The notes beneath the pieces are model-generated. The model saw nothing but the letters and a program-made list of their open reading frames with translations, was not told where the DNA came from and did not search any database. This document shows, piece by piece, positions 50,196 to 64,000 of a stretch of DNA of 64,000 nucleotides; positions within the stretch are counted from its first letter, which is position 1; the number at the start of each line of letters is the position of its first letter. A program made the translations under genes and the position numbers. This DNA is from Ancylonema sp. (taxonomy: Eukaryota). The stretch covers positions 1 to 64,000 of the forward strand of contig JBFLGF010000183.1 of the NCBI GenBank assembly GCA_050230475.1, given 5' to 3'.

Positions 50196-52088
50196 AGCTT
50201 GGTCAGATCAGACGCACAGTGGCCGTAAACAGGCGTACGATTGGGGGGGAAGTGCAAAATCTGCACAAGGATGGATTATACATCCATCTGTGGAGAAGTA
50301 CTTTAAGCAAGCCTTCTTTTCGAAGAAGGCAATTTCCTTTCCTTCACAGATCCCGATGACTGATGGTCGTCAGCATGTGCACTGTGTACGGTCATCTGAC
50401 CTCTACCGGAGACTACCGCCAGACGACGAGGTACCACGTGACATGGCACGGACGGATTCACGTCGGCAAGGGAGCACACCTCGTCCGGCTCCGCGACCGA
50501 ACCTTCTCGGATGGGACCCAGCCCGCAGCCCCATCCAGCCCAGATGGGGGATGGCCAGTTCCCAGCCCCCAAATGATGAAATGGGGCTGGCCCGGCCACC
50601 ATGGGGCCACCAATGGGGCCTTCGGCTGGTTACGTCTGGCGGGGTTGGGTGGGGCTGGGTGGGGCTTGGGGGGGGGGGGGGAAGCAATTGTTTATTTTGG
50701 AGAAGGGGTGGATTACAATGGGGCAACAATTCTTACTGGTTAAGGGATATTCAAGGGACGCATTCACCGCCTTCACAATCTTCACGTGACCCATTACTTG
50801 AAATCGACAAGCACGGCTATGGTTTCTTTTATATTGTGAACTTGATATCTATGAGCATACTAAGCAAATCAACATACTAAGCAATTCTTACCGCCTCTAT
50901 CAATTGTATACCGCCTTCGTTCCGCCTTCGTTAGCATAGTTGGCTCAAAATTGGAATACCAACTAGATGGCGATCCTCTTCCAGTCCGAATCGGCCTCGA
51001 CACGGATTGAAACCGGATCAAAACCCAATCATTTAACGAGAAATCAAAATATGAAATTCGGGATTATAACGTGATTTTTTTTATGAATTATATTTGTTTT
51101 GCCCTTATTAGCCCCAATTTGATCCCGGAAAAAATCCCGATCCGGTTCCGATCAGGATTGGACCCGATCCAGACTTAGCTAACAGACAAACAAAACCCAA
51201 CTATGTTTCCAGTGGCAAAAACCCAATCCAAGGTAAAATTTCGGTCCACCAAGATAAATCTATCGACTTCGGCGGTTACTCACATATTCTCAGTGTTTTT
51301 GTTTGTTTGCATGCACCTATTAGCTCAAGAATCGCAAAAATATATATTGGCCAAATGCGTGTGGTATAAACATTTGAACCACATTCTACAAAACACACTG
51401 AACATCATAGAACATCATAAAAGGCCACCTTGGTACAAATGGCACAACGACATGGTCCGCGAGTAATCTTTCATGTGTTCCATCGCAATAAGCATTGAAG
51501 AGGTGAGGTCCAAAGGTCAGAATATTCCTCATTCCATTCTTGATGAAATATGCGTTCGCTCCTATAGTTGTTATTGTGTAATTTAGTAAAGTTTCAATTC
51601 TCAAATCTGTGGGGTTTGTGTTGAAAGCTTCCGTCTTGTCCACGCCGCCCCGAGTAGTCCGATGCACAGTCTTCCCGTAATATAGCGACCCACTCAACAA
51701 AAATAGTAATTTACTCAACTTGCTTTGTTCTCCCACCGAAAGGCACCTAGAAGTTGATCGACGTTCATTAGTATAACGGATAAAATTGCGAAACTATTAT
51801 TGAAGTTATTTGTGTAGTGTATACAACGACTTTGTAAAGCGATTCCCAACAAGATTGGCCTTCCACAGACACAAGACAAACAAATTCTGGGCGAGAAGCC
51901 GTAAAGAAGTAACACAACGTGTCCATGTGTACACCCCTCAATATAGCGACCATCCTTTGTTTTTTTTGTTATATTAGTTGAATAACGAATTCTCGTGGTA
52001 ATGTCCGTCCCCGCCCCCCCCCCCCTCTCTCCCTTTTTATTGGTATTTTGAGGGAAGATACATTTGGCCACTTTAGGGGCATAAGGGC

Positions 52089-52525
52089 TGTTAGAATATT
52101 TTGGATAGCCATATGTTATGCTTGCTAGTCCAGTTGTAACCGGTTACTCTAACCGGGAGCAATATTCTTGATGGGCCTGTATGCGGGGCCGGGCAAGTTT
52201 GTGCCCGGGCACCTGACATGTTTCCGACGCTTAGAGACGTTATTTGTTTGAAGCGTCGTGACTAGCTTGTTTAAGTCGTGTCGGAACTGTCCGGCATGTG
52301 CCGTTGACATGTAGAAGAGCTGTCAGTCAATGATAGGCCGACGGTCAATTGTGCCGACCGTCGGCACACAACAATCTGTAAACATCGGGTATTACCATCC
52401 CCGATGCAATCACAATAATAATTCGTTCCACACAAACTCTGTCTCGTTGATCATCAAAGATCCTTACGGTTCGTTTTGTCGCCCACCTAATTATACCGGC
52501 ACGTCTAATCACTCAAAAGCTTATA
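52089..52525 (+). repeat. 5' LTR (437 bp, TG..TA)
   Basis: TGTTAGAATATTTTGG..CAAAAGCTTATA; direct repeat of 58212-58662. Confidence 0.95.
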
Positions 52526-52539
52526 GGTTATGGGCCCAC
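52526..52539 (+). other. Primer-binding site complementary to the anticodon-arm (half) region of initiator tRNA-Met
   Basis: GGTTATGGGCCCAC immediately follows the LTR and is complementary to GUGGGCCCAUAACC of plant tRNA-iMet. Confidence 0.9.
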
Positions 52540-52782
52540 GTGCGGTCTAGTTCAGACGCCGTGTTGGTTAAAAACTAAAGGCTCCACGCGATTTCGCTGC
52601 GGTAATCTCTGTGAACGGTATATGCCAGTGAGCGCAAATATATTCGTGGTTGTTAAGGTCTGCACGTAATTCTGTTGACATTGCGCTGCAAGTTTTCGAG
52701 CTGAGTGCTGCAGTGCAGGAATTGCAGTGAGAACTCGAGCTGAGCGAGAAATTTTGTGAAATCCTAAACAATAGCTGCCACA

Positions 52783-55700
52783 ATGACGGATAGGTCGCAA
52801 ATCCCTCATTACTGGAGTTGATTATACAGGATGGGCCTTCAAGGTCAAGTATGGGCTGGCGGACACAAGAAACTGCATCGTTTGGTGATGGATTGTGGGA
52901 CAGCTTGCCGCGAAAGTGGTGTCCGCCCAGACGTTATCCTTCCATTGACACCCCTGACAACGAGCTGCAATTTGCCGCCAGGGGGATCTCGACGTGTTGA
53001 TGTCGAAATATTGGTCAGGCAGCAGCAGATTTCCCAGCAGCTGCTACAGCACGAGGATAATCTTGAAGGCAATCTGGCTGCTATGTCATACATTGTGAAG
53101 CACCTAGGGTCTTGGGACCTTCGGAGCTGACGCACGTCACGGACTGCACGACAGCTGCCGGAATGTGGGACGCCCTGAGGACATTCTACAAGGTGCAGGG
53201 TGCGATCGAGATCGCACATTCGGAAGCACTGCTGAGCGCGATCGTACAGACTGAGGCGGAGGACCTCAACGTATACGTCAAGCGTCTGCTGCAGCTGCAC
53301 CGGGATCTGAAGAATCTGGGGGCACCAGTATCTCCGACGAAGCAGGCGATCAACCTGCTGGACTCTTTAAACACGCATTGCATCCCAATGGTCTCAACGC
53401 TGATGCCATGGTCGGAATCGTCTCTACACCTGTTCACTATTCCCCACATCGTGAGTGCGCTGCTGCGCGACGACGTAAAAAGGAGTTGAACGAGCGTAAG
53501 AAGGGGGGCGCTGCCAGGAGGTCACCAAGCGCATTATGGTGGACCTCTGGGGGGGGAAACGGAGCTGGAGGCAGCAGCAGATCTGGTGGTGCGACTGGAG
53601 CTGGTCGCAGAGACGCTGCAGGCGTCGAATGTTTCGGCTGCCACAAATTCGGCCACATCAGAGCGACATGCCCTTCACCAGCTCTTGGCGGAGGCCATGC
53701 CGGAGCCTGGAAATGTCACAGGTGCCACCAGGCAGGCCACCGAGCTGCTCAGTGCCCTGCGACATCTGCCCTGCGCTGGAAATGTTGCGCACGCTACTCA
53801 GGGAAGTTCAGGGGGGAGACAGAGGTGCAGATATTGCAACATTGTAGGGCATACGATTGAACAATGTAGAAAACGAACATCTGACATGGCTCTAATGAAC
53901 CCAGAAGCTGCTCGAAGGGCTGATGCACAAGCTAGACGTGCTCGCTTTGCTGACAAACCTTTCGACGCCAAGGTGGATTATTTAGCTTTCGGTGCTTTCT
54001 CGTTCGATGTTGCTCGGGCAGTGTCTGCTGGTTCTCACACAGACTCCTTGATCCTGGATTCAGGTGCTACCGACCACATTTTCACGGAACGTGAACATTT
54101 TGTGGAGTACACACCTACCCTGAGCACGCAGAAGGCCTACATCACCACTGCTGACGGCCTCGTCACAGAAGGTGGAGGGCACTGGTTTCGTGCACATCCG
54201 AGTGAGGAATGGCGACACATTTTTTGTGCAGCCACTCAGCTCGATCCACGTCCCTACCTTTGCCTGCACCCTCGTGTCGACATCGTGCCTCGTCAAAAGA
54301 GGTGGGCTGAGCTTTCTACAGCTGCCCACGGGTCCACAATTAAAAAAGGGAAATGTGAAATGGGCTGATGTGCTGCAGCAGCCTAGTGGTCTGACTTTGC
54401 TTGCTGCCACCATCGTCATGCCTGGATCTCATGATACGAGAGCAAATTTGTCCACAGGCATGGTCTGGCATCACAAATTGGGTCACCCCAGTTCTGATGT
54501 GATGTCAGATTTTGTCAGACGTGGTGACATCCCACAGTTAAGTCAGGAAGAATTAACTGAGTCAGGGGATGTCAGGTTTGTTGTCAGGGGAAGATGATCT
54601 CAGCTGAGTCACGCTAAGGTCAGCGAGGATCTGGGGACATGCCCCAAGATGGGTCGCATTCACCTGGATCTCATTGGACCTCTGTCTCTTAAGTCTGCCA
54701 ATGGAGGTTTCACGTATGCTCAGACAGGGATTGAGGTATCCACACGTCTGTCATTTGTCAGTTTGCTAAAAACAAAGGATGAAGCACTGAACCGAGCAAA
54801 GGTCACTACACAGTTGCTCGAGGTCCAGTCAGGGTTGCCACTACAGTCTATACGGACAGACAAGGGGTGGGGAGTATGTGTCTCAGGACTGGATAAACTA
54901 CTGTGGGGGGAAGGGTATTGACAAGCAAACCACAGAAGAAGCATATGTCTTGAACAAAACGGAATCTGTTGAAAGAACTGAATAGAACATTGACCGAAAA
55001 AGCGATGCATATTAATCTGGACAGGTCTACCGAAGTCGTATTGGGATGTGGCATTGTTACATGCAAACTGGTTACTGAACAGAACTCCCACTAAGTCGCT
55101 TGCTGGCAAAATCCCAATTGAAGTCTGGGAGGGAAAGAACATGACAATTAATAAAAGTCATAATTTCGGGTGTCTGGTTCAATACTTGAAGGTTGGGGGG
55201 GAAAAGAGCAGGCAAGGGGACAAGTTTGCCCCTCGCACTTGTTTTGGTGTGTTTCTGGGGATGGCTGCGGGGAGTGCAGGCTATAACGTTTTCGACCCCC
55301 ATAGGGTGGGGGTGATATCACGCATGGACGTGCGGTTCTTCGAGGAGGTGCCGGGGTACCCGAAGCTCATGGGGGGGAGAGCTCCCCAGGTTCAGGCGGC
55401 AACAGAAAAACACTTTTTCTATCTGTTCCCCGACACCGAAGATGAGGCACCCAGCAGCAGTTGTGCCAGCAGCAGCAATCCACCCCAACATGCCAGCAGC
55501 AGCAGTCCACCCAATCATGCCAGCACTTTTGCAGCCGATGCCAGCAGTTCTGCAGCCAATCCCAGCACCAGCAGACCCAGGAGTCCCTGAGCCAGCAGCT
55601 GCCATCGACTATCCGCACGACAACTTCCAGCCACAAGCTGCTGAGGTCCCTAACGCCACGATTGAGCTGTCTGACAGCCCGTCAGGGATCAACAACGCAA

Positions 55701-57475
55701 GAGGTGGAGATGCAGGGAGGAGGAGGTGCAAGGAGGGGGTGCGAACCCAGAGTGGGGGAGCCGCAGCGTAGCTGATCGGGTGATTAGAAGGCGGGCCAAC
55801 TTTGCCGAGTATGGGGATCTCATGTGATGTGATGGGGAGGAGTTGACGCAGCTCCACTCAGCGACTGAGTGGGAGCCACACTCAACGGTCCTGTGGATCT
55901 ACGCATGCGTAGCATCTAACAGCAACTCCTCCGAGCCACTCACCAACCATGCGATGAGGCCAGACTGGGAGTGACAGGGCCATTGTGGAAGAGCTCGCTG
56001 CCCTGGAGGTTCAACACCTTTGAGGTGTGTGTACTTCCTCCAAGTAAAAAGGCTGTGGGGTGCAGATATGTTTTTAAGGTCAAAACAACACCACAGGGGG
56101 ATATTGAAAGATATAAAGTCAGACTGGTCGCACAGGGATTCTTACAACAAGAGGGTATTGACTATAACGAAGTATTTGCACCAGTAATCGACAGTACATC
56201 TATCACCCTACTCCTCTCTATCGCCAACCAATATGACTGGGAACTGGAACAGATGGACGTAATCACAGCGTTCCTGCATGGACGTCTGGAAGAAGAAGTT
56301 TATATGAATACCACCACGTATGCATATAACAATGGGGGTGCTGAGGGAAAGGTCTTACGAATGAAGGGTGCATTATACGGTCTAAAACAGAGTAGCCACG
56401 TGTGGCAAGAGATGTTCAGAAAGTTTATGATATTTGAAGGGTTTAAACAATGCGTAATGGACACATGTATATATATGAGGGGGGAAGCAGACAGCAGAAT
56501 CATACTGGGCATACATGTAGATGATCAGGTGATCACAGGTCCTAACCCAATGGTCGTCAAAACTTTTAAAGAAGATATGGGTAAAAAAAGTTCAAAGTCA
56601 AGGATCTGGGTCCCCTAACCCATATCCTGTGGGGGTGGAAGTGTGAAGAGGGATAGACAGAGAAGACTGCTCACACTGGGACAGTCAGGTTTCTTAAGGG
56701 GAGTGCTCGAACGTTATGGGATGCATGAGTGTAATCCAACCAAACTCCCTCTAGCCCCTGGAACTCAGTTTACACAGAATGATGAACCAACTCTTCCCCC
56801 TACCCCTGAAAAAATAACAGACTTTCGAGGGAAAGTGGGATCTCTCATATATGCCATGAAACAAACCAGACTGGACATCGGGTATGCACTTGGGGTACTG
56901 GCTAAACACATGGGAAATCCTGGGGTCGCACACATAAGGGCGTTACATCAACTATTCAGATACCTTAAAGGGACTGTGAACCACGGACTGACGTTTGTGG
57001 GTAAGGACATATTTGAAGTAAAGGGTTACTGCGATGCATCATGGAACAGTTGCAGCATGACAGGCAAGTCAGTCACAGGATGGGTAACCACGGTTGGGGG
57101 GACAGCACTGAGTTGGAAGTCGCAGAAGCAGTCCATTGTTGCACAGAGCACTGCTGAGGCTGAATATATCGCTGCCTGTAGTGTATCTAAGGAGTGCTGC
57201 TATCTAAAGTCTCTCTTGAAAGAACTCCCAAGTTTCCACACCAAATCACAATCCACACTGACCTCAACCTCAGCTCTCTTCCATGATCCAGAATCCTGTG
57301 CAAAGACAGAAAGCAAAACATTTTAATGTGGTATATCACTGGGTACGGGGAATGCCCACAGCCACGGGCAGACTAAAAGATGTGTATCTTGCAGGCGCCA
57401 ATCAATACCAGCAGATATGCTAACTAAAGCTCTTCCCCAAGTTTTAGTGGACAGACACAGCAAAAGTCTAGGTTT
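52783..57475 (+). pseudogene. Copia gag-pol polyprotein with many frameshifts
   Basis: Three CCHC knuckles; ILDSGATDH (PR); WHHKLGHP and IHLDLIGP..IRTDKG (IN); QMDVITAFLHG, LYGLKQS, HVDD (RT); YCDASW, STAEAEYIA, ADMLTKAL (RNase H). Confidence 0.93.
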
Positions 57476-58211
57476 TGGACGGTTATACTGAACTGGGGGT
57501 GTCAGTCTTTTCTTTTATTTTTATGATCGAAGGTTTCGAATGCCATGCATGTTGGCAGGGGGTGTGTTGTTATGTTTCTTTTCAGCAGAAGTTATGGGGA
57601 GGTACACCAACTTCAGCTGATCCAGCTAAGTCACACTCTTACCTTAATACCTTGAAAAGAACTTGAAAACGCTTAAGGACACTTTAAAATCAGAAAGTGG
57701 TGAATCTGCTCAACTTTAAACTTGTCAGTTTAATTTGTTTTGAATTTTCGAATGTATGTGTTGTCCTAATCAATGTTGCGCAAAACTTGTGTCAAAAGTT
57801 GGTGCTGATAGGACTGGTAATTTTGAAGTTAATGCTGTTTTGTTTTGAGAGTTTTCTGACTGGAAAGTGTAAAGTAAAGTTTTCAGAATCGTAAAGTTGA
57901 AAGTTGAAAAAGTTAAAAAATCAAAAATATTTTCATAAGTTTTTTTTTGTGTTTTCGCCTAACTTGTGGTATTTGTTTGTATGTTCAGGGCTTCGGCCTG
58001 AAAAACGACTAAGGATCTGGAGCGATCGACTTCATGGAGGAGGTTCCGATCGGCTTCCGAACGGCTGCATTTTCGATACCCTAGCTTTTATGCTAGGGAA
58101 GACCAAAACTGTTTTATGTTATGCAATGGGTCTGCCATGATTTGGCAATGACTTGGGTACTCCTTTTGATGTCTGCATGCCAACTTTAGCATGGCATCCG
58201 AGGGGGTGGTG

Positions 58212-58662
58212 TGTTAGAATATTTTGGATAGCCAATGTTATGCTTGCTAGTCCAGTTGTGGTGTTGTAACCGGTTACTCTAACCGGGAGCAATATTCCTA
58301 GATGTGCCTATATGCGGAGCCGGGCAAGTTTGTGCCCGGGCACCTGACATGTTTCCGACGCTAAGAGACGTTATTTGTTTGAAGCGTCGTGAATGGCTTG
58401 TTTAGTCGTGTCAGAAATGTCCGGCATGTGCCGTTGACATGTAGAAGAGCTGTCAGCCAATGATAGGCCGACGGTCAATTGTGCCGACGGCACCGCAACA
58501 ATCTGTAAAGCGCATCGGGTATTACCATCCCCGATGCAATCACAATAATAATTCGTTCCACACACCAACTCCTGTCTCGTTGATCATCAAGAGATCCTTT
58601 TGCGTACGGTTCGTTTCGCCCACCTAATTATTCCGGCACGTCTAATCACTCAAAAGCTTATA
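58212..58662 (+). repeat. 3' LTR (451 bp, TG..TA)
   Basis: Direct repeat of the 5' LTR with several substitutions and short indels, followed by TSD AGGGC. Confidence 0.95.
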
Positions 58663-61600
58663 AGGGCAACACCCCGGAAGAAACATTTGTGCCTCCGTTG
58701 GAAACATCCATGAAACGCGGCAATCAATGTGAATTTTCGGACATATAAAATCGCCATTAGCTGAATACTTTTAGGAACCACGTTGGATACTAGATTGTTC
58801 CCAAGAAATAGTTTGTACGATTGTCACCATAATAATTGAATAACATGCATCAAGGGTGTAAACAACATGTCTCCAATGTGGTACGTGGTATGAGCAATTA
58901 GCATCATAAGGCACATCGAAGTCATTTTGTTTCGCATATTACGATCAAGCAAGCCGTTTATACATTCTTCATCCGTTTACCACAATTCAGTCCATGTCAC
59001 CATAATTTTCAGACGGTCATTTTGGTGGGGTCGTCATGTGCATCTACCACTCGCAATCCGATTTCGATATTTGTAATTTTTAAAGCCATAATCGGCCATT
59101 GTCATCATCAGACACGGCGGAGGTGGCTAAAATAACGACATCAATGAGAGAGGGGGCGTCATCAGATTCCCCCCAAAAAGAGAATGCATATTTTGGTAAT
59201 GCAAAAGGTGATCGAGAATTGAATGTGTCCCTCTTAGTCGTCGAAGACCAAGAAGAGTTTGATGCTGTAGTGAACGACTTGTTTCATGAGCTTGAGTTGG
59301 AAGGTTTAGAAAACATAGTTGTCGAAACGAGCGTCCCGAACGAGTGATTGGGAAGACGAAGTTGTCAAAAATATTTGGGCCTCTTTCGGTCTTGAATGAC
59401 AAAAACGTGGACACAATTCAGGGACAAGAGTGCTTGGGTGAACCTGGTTTTCATAGTCCTTGAGCCCTAGTTCATCGTCTAATCGAATGCCTTTCGTGGC
59501 TCTCTGTTTGGAGAGCCAAAGTCTATCGATTACTAGGACAATTCAATTTAGGGGCCTTTCGATGCACTCGGGAAAGAGAGTGCATGGGTTTGAAAGATGG
59601 TCTAACACATTTAGAATGTATGGTGAATGTCAAATTTGTGAGATTCTTTTTAGTCTTAGACTCGTCTTATAAAGACCGAGAGTTATTCTCTATTTAGGAT
59701 AAGATAGATCATGAGAGCAAGAGTATTTGTGATGTCCTTTCAATCACGGTCTACGAACATTATGATGCCTTTTATCCCTATTTATCCACATCGTGAAATT
59801 GCGATAATTTATAGTGGTTTTGGCTACATGCTACACTCATCGTATTTCTTAGACATGTATGTGCATGAGAAAAACCAAGATGTGTGAAGAGATAGTGTAC
59901 ACTGACAACTAGCACGAACACACACAAATCGATGAACGATTCGTAGAAAAACATATATGCTTTTGTATAAAAAGCTATTTTTTCTTCATAATTGAAAGTT
60001 TGTTAAGGTCGCCAATGAGTTCTGCGCTATGATTCACCCCCGAAAACACTTATTTGGTGGCTTATCAAGAAATTAAAGTCTTCAAGCTTTAAATATTATA
60101 GGGTTATGAATGAACGGGGGGAGTTCGAAAGTCTGGAAAACCCAACCCTACACACGTTCGCAATACCAAAAATTAACTGGGAATTAACGGGACTTTCGGG
60201 ACTTTCGGGAATGAACCATTTTTAAAACCCAAAAGCCGGAAAATACCGGGAATTTGGATATGACAATTGGCAATTACCGGGAATTTGCTGAAAAAACTGG
60301 GAATAGCGGGGACCGTAAGGCCTCAGACGCGGCCGAGGAATAAACACTTCAAACGCAGATTTTACACCCAACGGAAAATTGATAATCCAATTCCGGCAAA
60401 CCTGGCCGGCAAAGTACACAAAAAAATAACAGTTGTATCGCATAATATTGACCCAAATAGGAGAGCTAAGTTGGGTGGTGCAACCACATCTTATTATTTT
60501 GGTGTGGAAAAAGGGCATACACCGAAACCCAGATACAAGAAACTTCGATATTAGAAACTCCTCACTAAAAGAAACCTTTTTCTCGACATTATTTTTCCCC
60601 ATATAACCCCCCCCCGGTATAAGCATAAGAAACTCCATGTAAGAAACAAAATTTCCGATTCTTAGTATTACGGGTTTCCTATACGGAGTAAAACCTCTCT
60701 AAATAATTGTTACCACAATGAAGATCTTTCATCGATTAATACTTCGTATATTGATCTCATCACTTAAATCCTCGCAACCGCCTGTAATTAAACATTTACA
60801 CGTAGAATGTGAGTGCTGATATTACTATGAAATCTTTGGAGGACCTCCGATTCAGGTATTGCACGTCCACATGTACAACAAATATTACCGCACGCTCAAA
60901 TATTTGACGCCATGGATCCACGTGTCCAACATTCGTTATAAGAAACATCTTTGCGAGCTCTTCCACATAAAGTTTCTTATACGTCGTACAAGATATATAC
61001 GCTATAAGACACTTTTCCCCCAACATTTTTAGGTTTTTAATGTCGGGGTTTGAGTGTACAATATAAAATCATAAGTTGAGCGTACGACCACAAAAAGCGG
61101 AAAACTAGGGACAACACAAATACTCCGTACGACGAGAACCGAATCGACAACCAAAAGACATAAGAAAATCTCTTAGAGCATATCTTATGGGATTAAGGAT
61201 CTGCCAAGTTTGGTTGGGAAGAATTGTACCACAATTGTACGACGTTTTCAAAATCCCCAACGTGGAACACGAGAATACGGTCTGCACCTTTGTACTGCTT
61301 ATGGGAAGCTACCGCCGATCTCGAATTCCGTGCCACGGTGGCGTACGATGAAGCATCGTACCTCCATTAATCATTGTCTTCTCACATATCGGACAATGAA
61401 ATTTAACCTCCCGGACCGATGTACCGGAGCCAACGCGCCACACACAAAGCTGCATACATTTTGTAGATACTTGCCGGAATAAACGTGTTCTACTGGTTTC
61501 GGGAGCTACGCAAATAAAAATAGGGCGTACGGACACCGTCATTTTTTGGATGGTCGACTCCGCTCTGATTGGCTTACAAATCCTCACGTGAAATCCTTAA

Positions 61601-62949
61601 AGTGGTTTTCTTGAGGATTCAGCCCCCAAATTCTCAAGAAAATTTCCTCAACGATTTTCAAAATGGATTTTTATATCGCTTTGGTTCTGAAAAGCAGCGA
61701 TTTGACAATTTGTTTTCTTGTTGGTTGGGGATTCGATTGGTCCACGGGGTCTCCCCAACCAAAGTTGATGAATCCTCAGTCCCATAAGTCCCGCGTTGAT
61801 GAGGACTCGAGGGTCGGCCCTCGAGCATGCGACAAAGTGGGTAATGCTTATCCTTCTTCTCAAGCCAAACCCCCAATCACTACATTAATTTTCGTATCGG
61901 ACCAAGTGCCTTACTCTAATTGGAGCCGTTGTCGTCGTCCGATCCTACGCCAATCCGGATCGGGTCAGATCGGCGCCGACCCGGATAGAGGATCGGGATG
62001 GATAGGGACCGACAATGGAAACCAATATGTAATACCAAAATATATAGTTTGACGGAAGGGAACGAGGGTAGTTTTAGAGGATCTCAACCATTGACGACGT
62101 CTCGGTGTAATAATGACATTTGTAGGCTAGTGGTTGGTTGTCGTATATATCATTAAAACCCGGTTTGTGTTTTGCTTGAACAATGTAGGAGTTGTCGAGA
62201 TGCATTTAGATGTGGCGTTTGAGGTGTGCTTTGGCGTCACTTGGATCACATTAGTCCAATCATGAGCGTATGCAGAACTCGGCGGCAAGTCGATGGATGA
62301 AGTATAATAACTTTAAAAATTATGTCGGTAGATGTTGTCCATAAGTAAGTGTTTTTGCGTCTGTATTGATAGCGTTTGCAATGCTATATTGGACACTACA
62401 CTTCAACTGAAGTTTTTTTTACAATTTTAGGCTATTTTGGAAAGTCCACCAAAAATATGTAATCACTAGCCATGGTTGGAGCTAAACGGAAATAAAATTC
62501 ACTCTGCAATTGTCAAAGGATGACACGAAGTGTAAGGATTTATGAAAGAAACGAAACGAAGGGAGGCAGGGGGGGGGGTGAGGACGGAAAAGCACGGGGA
62601 GGTGCGGGGGGAAAGTCAAAAGACGAAGGAGGATCAGCACCTTGACCCATCAACAATTATTATTACCTCCTTCTCCCCTCATTCACCTCAGACTCCTGTA
62701 CCTACACATTTCCACATTGCCGTACATCACCGTCTTCTAAGAAAGGAATAAGTCGGTCACTCTACGCTCCACCTTCACCTTCTCTGCCCCTTCCCACTAC
62801 CCGTCTAGAGGTGCACCTACTATCCGCACTATCTGTAGTAGAAAGACATGTTGCTATCCATTATGATCCGTCCTGTCTCACAATAATATATCACATGTGG
62901 CCTGCCATCGCTGCTAAGCTCTCTCCCTCCTACCCTGGATCAACGCAGC

Positions 62950-63600
62950 TGGAGAGGTCCATAAGACTGCCAGCTGGCGGCCCAATAAGGGACCTGAAGG
63001 GGCTGTTGGGATAGGGGAGAGGCACAGACGGTCTGCAGACAAGGCGCCATGTGGCACATAAACAGAAGCTCGGAGTGCCAGGTGGATTTGTGGCGAGGTT
63101 GTGTTCGCACCACATCACTTGACGCAGCAACAGCCTGAATATTTCATTGATGGAACAATCAAGATTTGCATTATAGCGACACCTGGCTGTATCAACGCAC
63201 CTGAGGAGGCTCATGAGACGGCCAGGTGGCAGCTAAATAGGGGCAGCTGCTGGACTAGGGGAAAGGCACAGGTGGCCTGCATACAAGCGCCAGGTGGTGG
63301 CACATGTACAGAAGCTCGGAGTGCCAGGTGGATTGGAGCAAGGGTGTGTTCTCACCACATCACTCTGCGCACCGCCAAAACGGAATATTTCATTGATGGA
63401 ACAATCAAGATTTCCATTATAGCGACACCTGGGCTCCCTCTACCTCCCTCTCTCTCCCCATTCCTGGCTCCCTCAACCTGCCAGCTGTCCAGATTTGTGG
63501 ATGGTGGGCGGAGGCCTTGTGGCTTCCTGTGATTGGCAGACATAGACATTGGAAAAGACACGTCAGACTCCACTTTGCACCCATGTATGATAAACTTCAA
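62950..63600 (+). repeat. Decayed dispersed repeat with an internal ~175-bp duplication (~63014-63186 and ~63257-63432)
   Basis: CAGAAGCTCGGAGTGCCAGGTGGATT and GAATATTTCATTGATGGAACAATCAAGATTT..ATTATAGCGACACCTGG each occur twice. Homologous to 8950-9340 on the minus strand. Confidence 0.65.
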
Positions 63601-64000
63601 TACATCCAACTCAATGTACTGCCTTTGAAGAAAGGGGGAAAAAAAAAACCAGAAAACGAAACTTGTGATCCCAATTCTTCCCCCCCCACCCGCAAGACTG
63701 CAAATAGTCCTGCAAGGCTGCCTCCTTCCCATCCCCATCCAACCCCAGCACCTCTTCCTTTCCCTTACCAGCTGCAAATAGTCCTGGCTAACCCCAAATA
63801 GAGTCTGCAGGTCTTCCCCCCCAAGATTCGAGGTGTCCATAGGGTGCTCCACGTGTCAGCACCTCCTTAGAACAGGAGATTCTCACAAGTTCCCCTCCCT
63901 GTCCCCCGTTGTATTCATTCTACCCCACTCAGACCTGTGCCTTCTCCATGTCCCTCCTCCCCTCCAGGTAGAACAAGTACCCGAGCATTAGTCGCCATTT

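Larger units (their letters stand above)
52089..58662 (+). mobile_element. Full-length Ty1/copia LTR retrotransposon (6574 bp), coding region disrupted
   Basis: LTRs 52089-52525 and 58212-58662. 5-bp TSD AGGGC. PBS at 52526, PPT GAGGGGGTGG at ~58200. Domain order gag-PR-IN-RT-RH. Confidence 0.97.

Noticed and set aside
50041..50880. 279-aa plus-strand ORF
   Set aside because: GTG start, antisense to GT31 exon 1 and its GC-rich upstream region, no recognisable domain.
52783..57475. Programmed frameshifting or readthrough in the copia polyprotein
   Set aside because: The frameshifts are numerous and scattered, better explained by decay or indel sequencing errors.
51380..59050. Possible decayed OTU-like ORF split by the copia insertion (VPYDANCSYH near 58900; AYCDGTH near 51480)
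   Set aside because: The motifs are too short and degenerate to support without a profile search.

Overview
Eukaryotic, repeat-rich draft-genome window with spliceosomal introns and plant-type genes. It is most likely from a streptophyte alga or early-diverging land plant; the species cannot be fixed from the sequence. Five host genes can be built by hand: an intronless mTERF-family ORF (+), a bacterial-type Gfo/Idh/MocA oxidoreductase with introns that lacks a central exon (-), a 5-exon aldo-keto reductase (+), a 4-exon CDPK-like kinase without EF-hands (+), and a 7-exon GT31 beta-1,3-galactosyltransferase (-). The rest is mostly transposon material. This includes a full-length but frameshifted Ty1/copia element (TG..TA LTRs, half-tRNA-iMet primer site), a 4 kb Mutator-like element, at least four hAT MITEs, pogo-like MITEs and a CRE-like non-LTR fragment. 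At the left end is a nested, tandemly duplicated Ty3-integrase/PHD element with an unusual A..B-A..B split-repeat layout and a palindromic CA-GC-TG end-to-end junction, the most unusual structure seen. Two N bases and long homopolymers point to assembly problems, so some frameshifts and duplications may be artefacts. No rRNA, tRNA or CRISPR array was seen.
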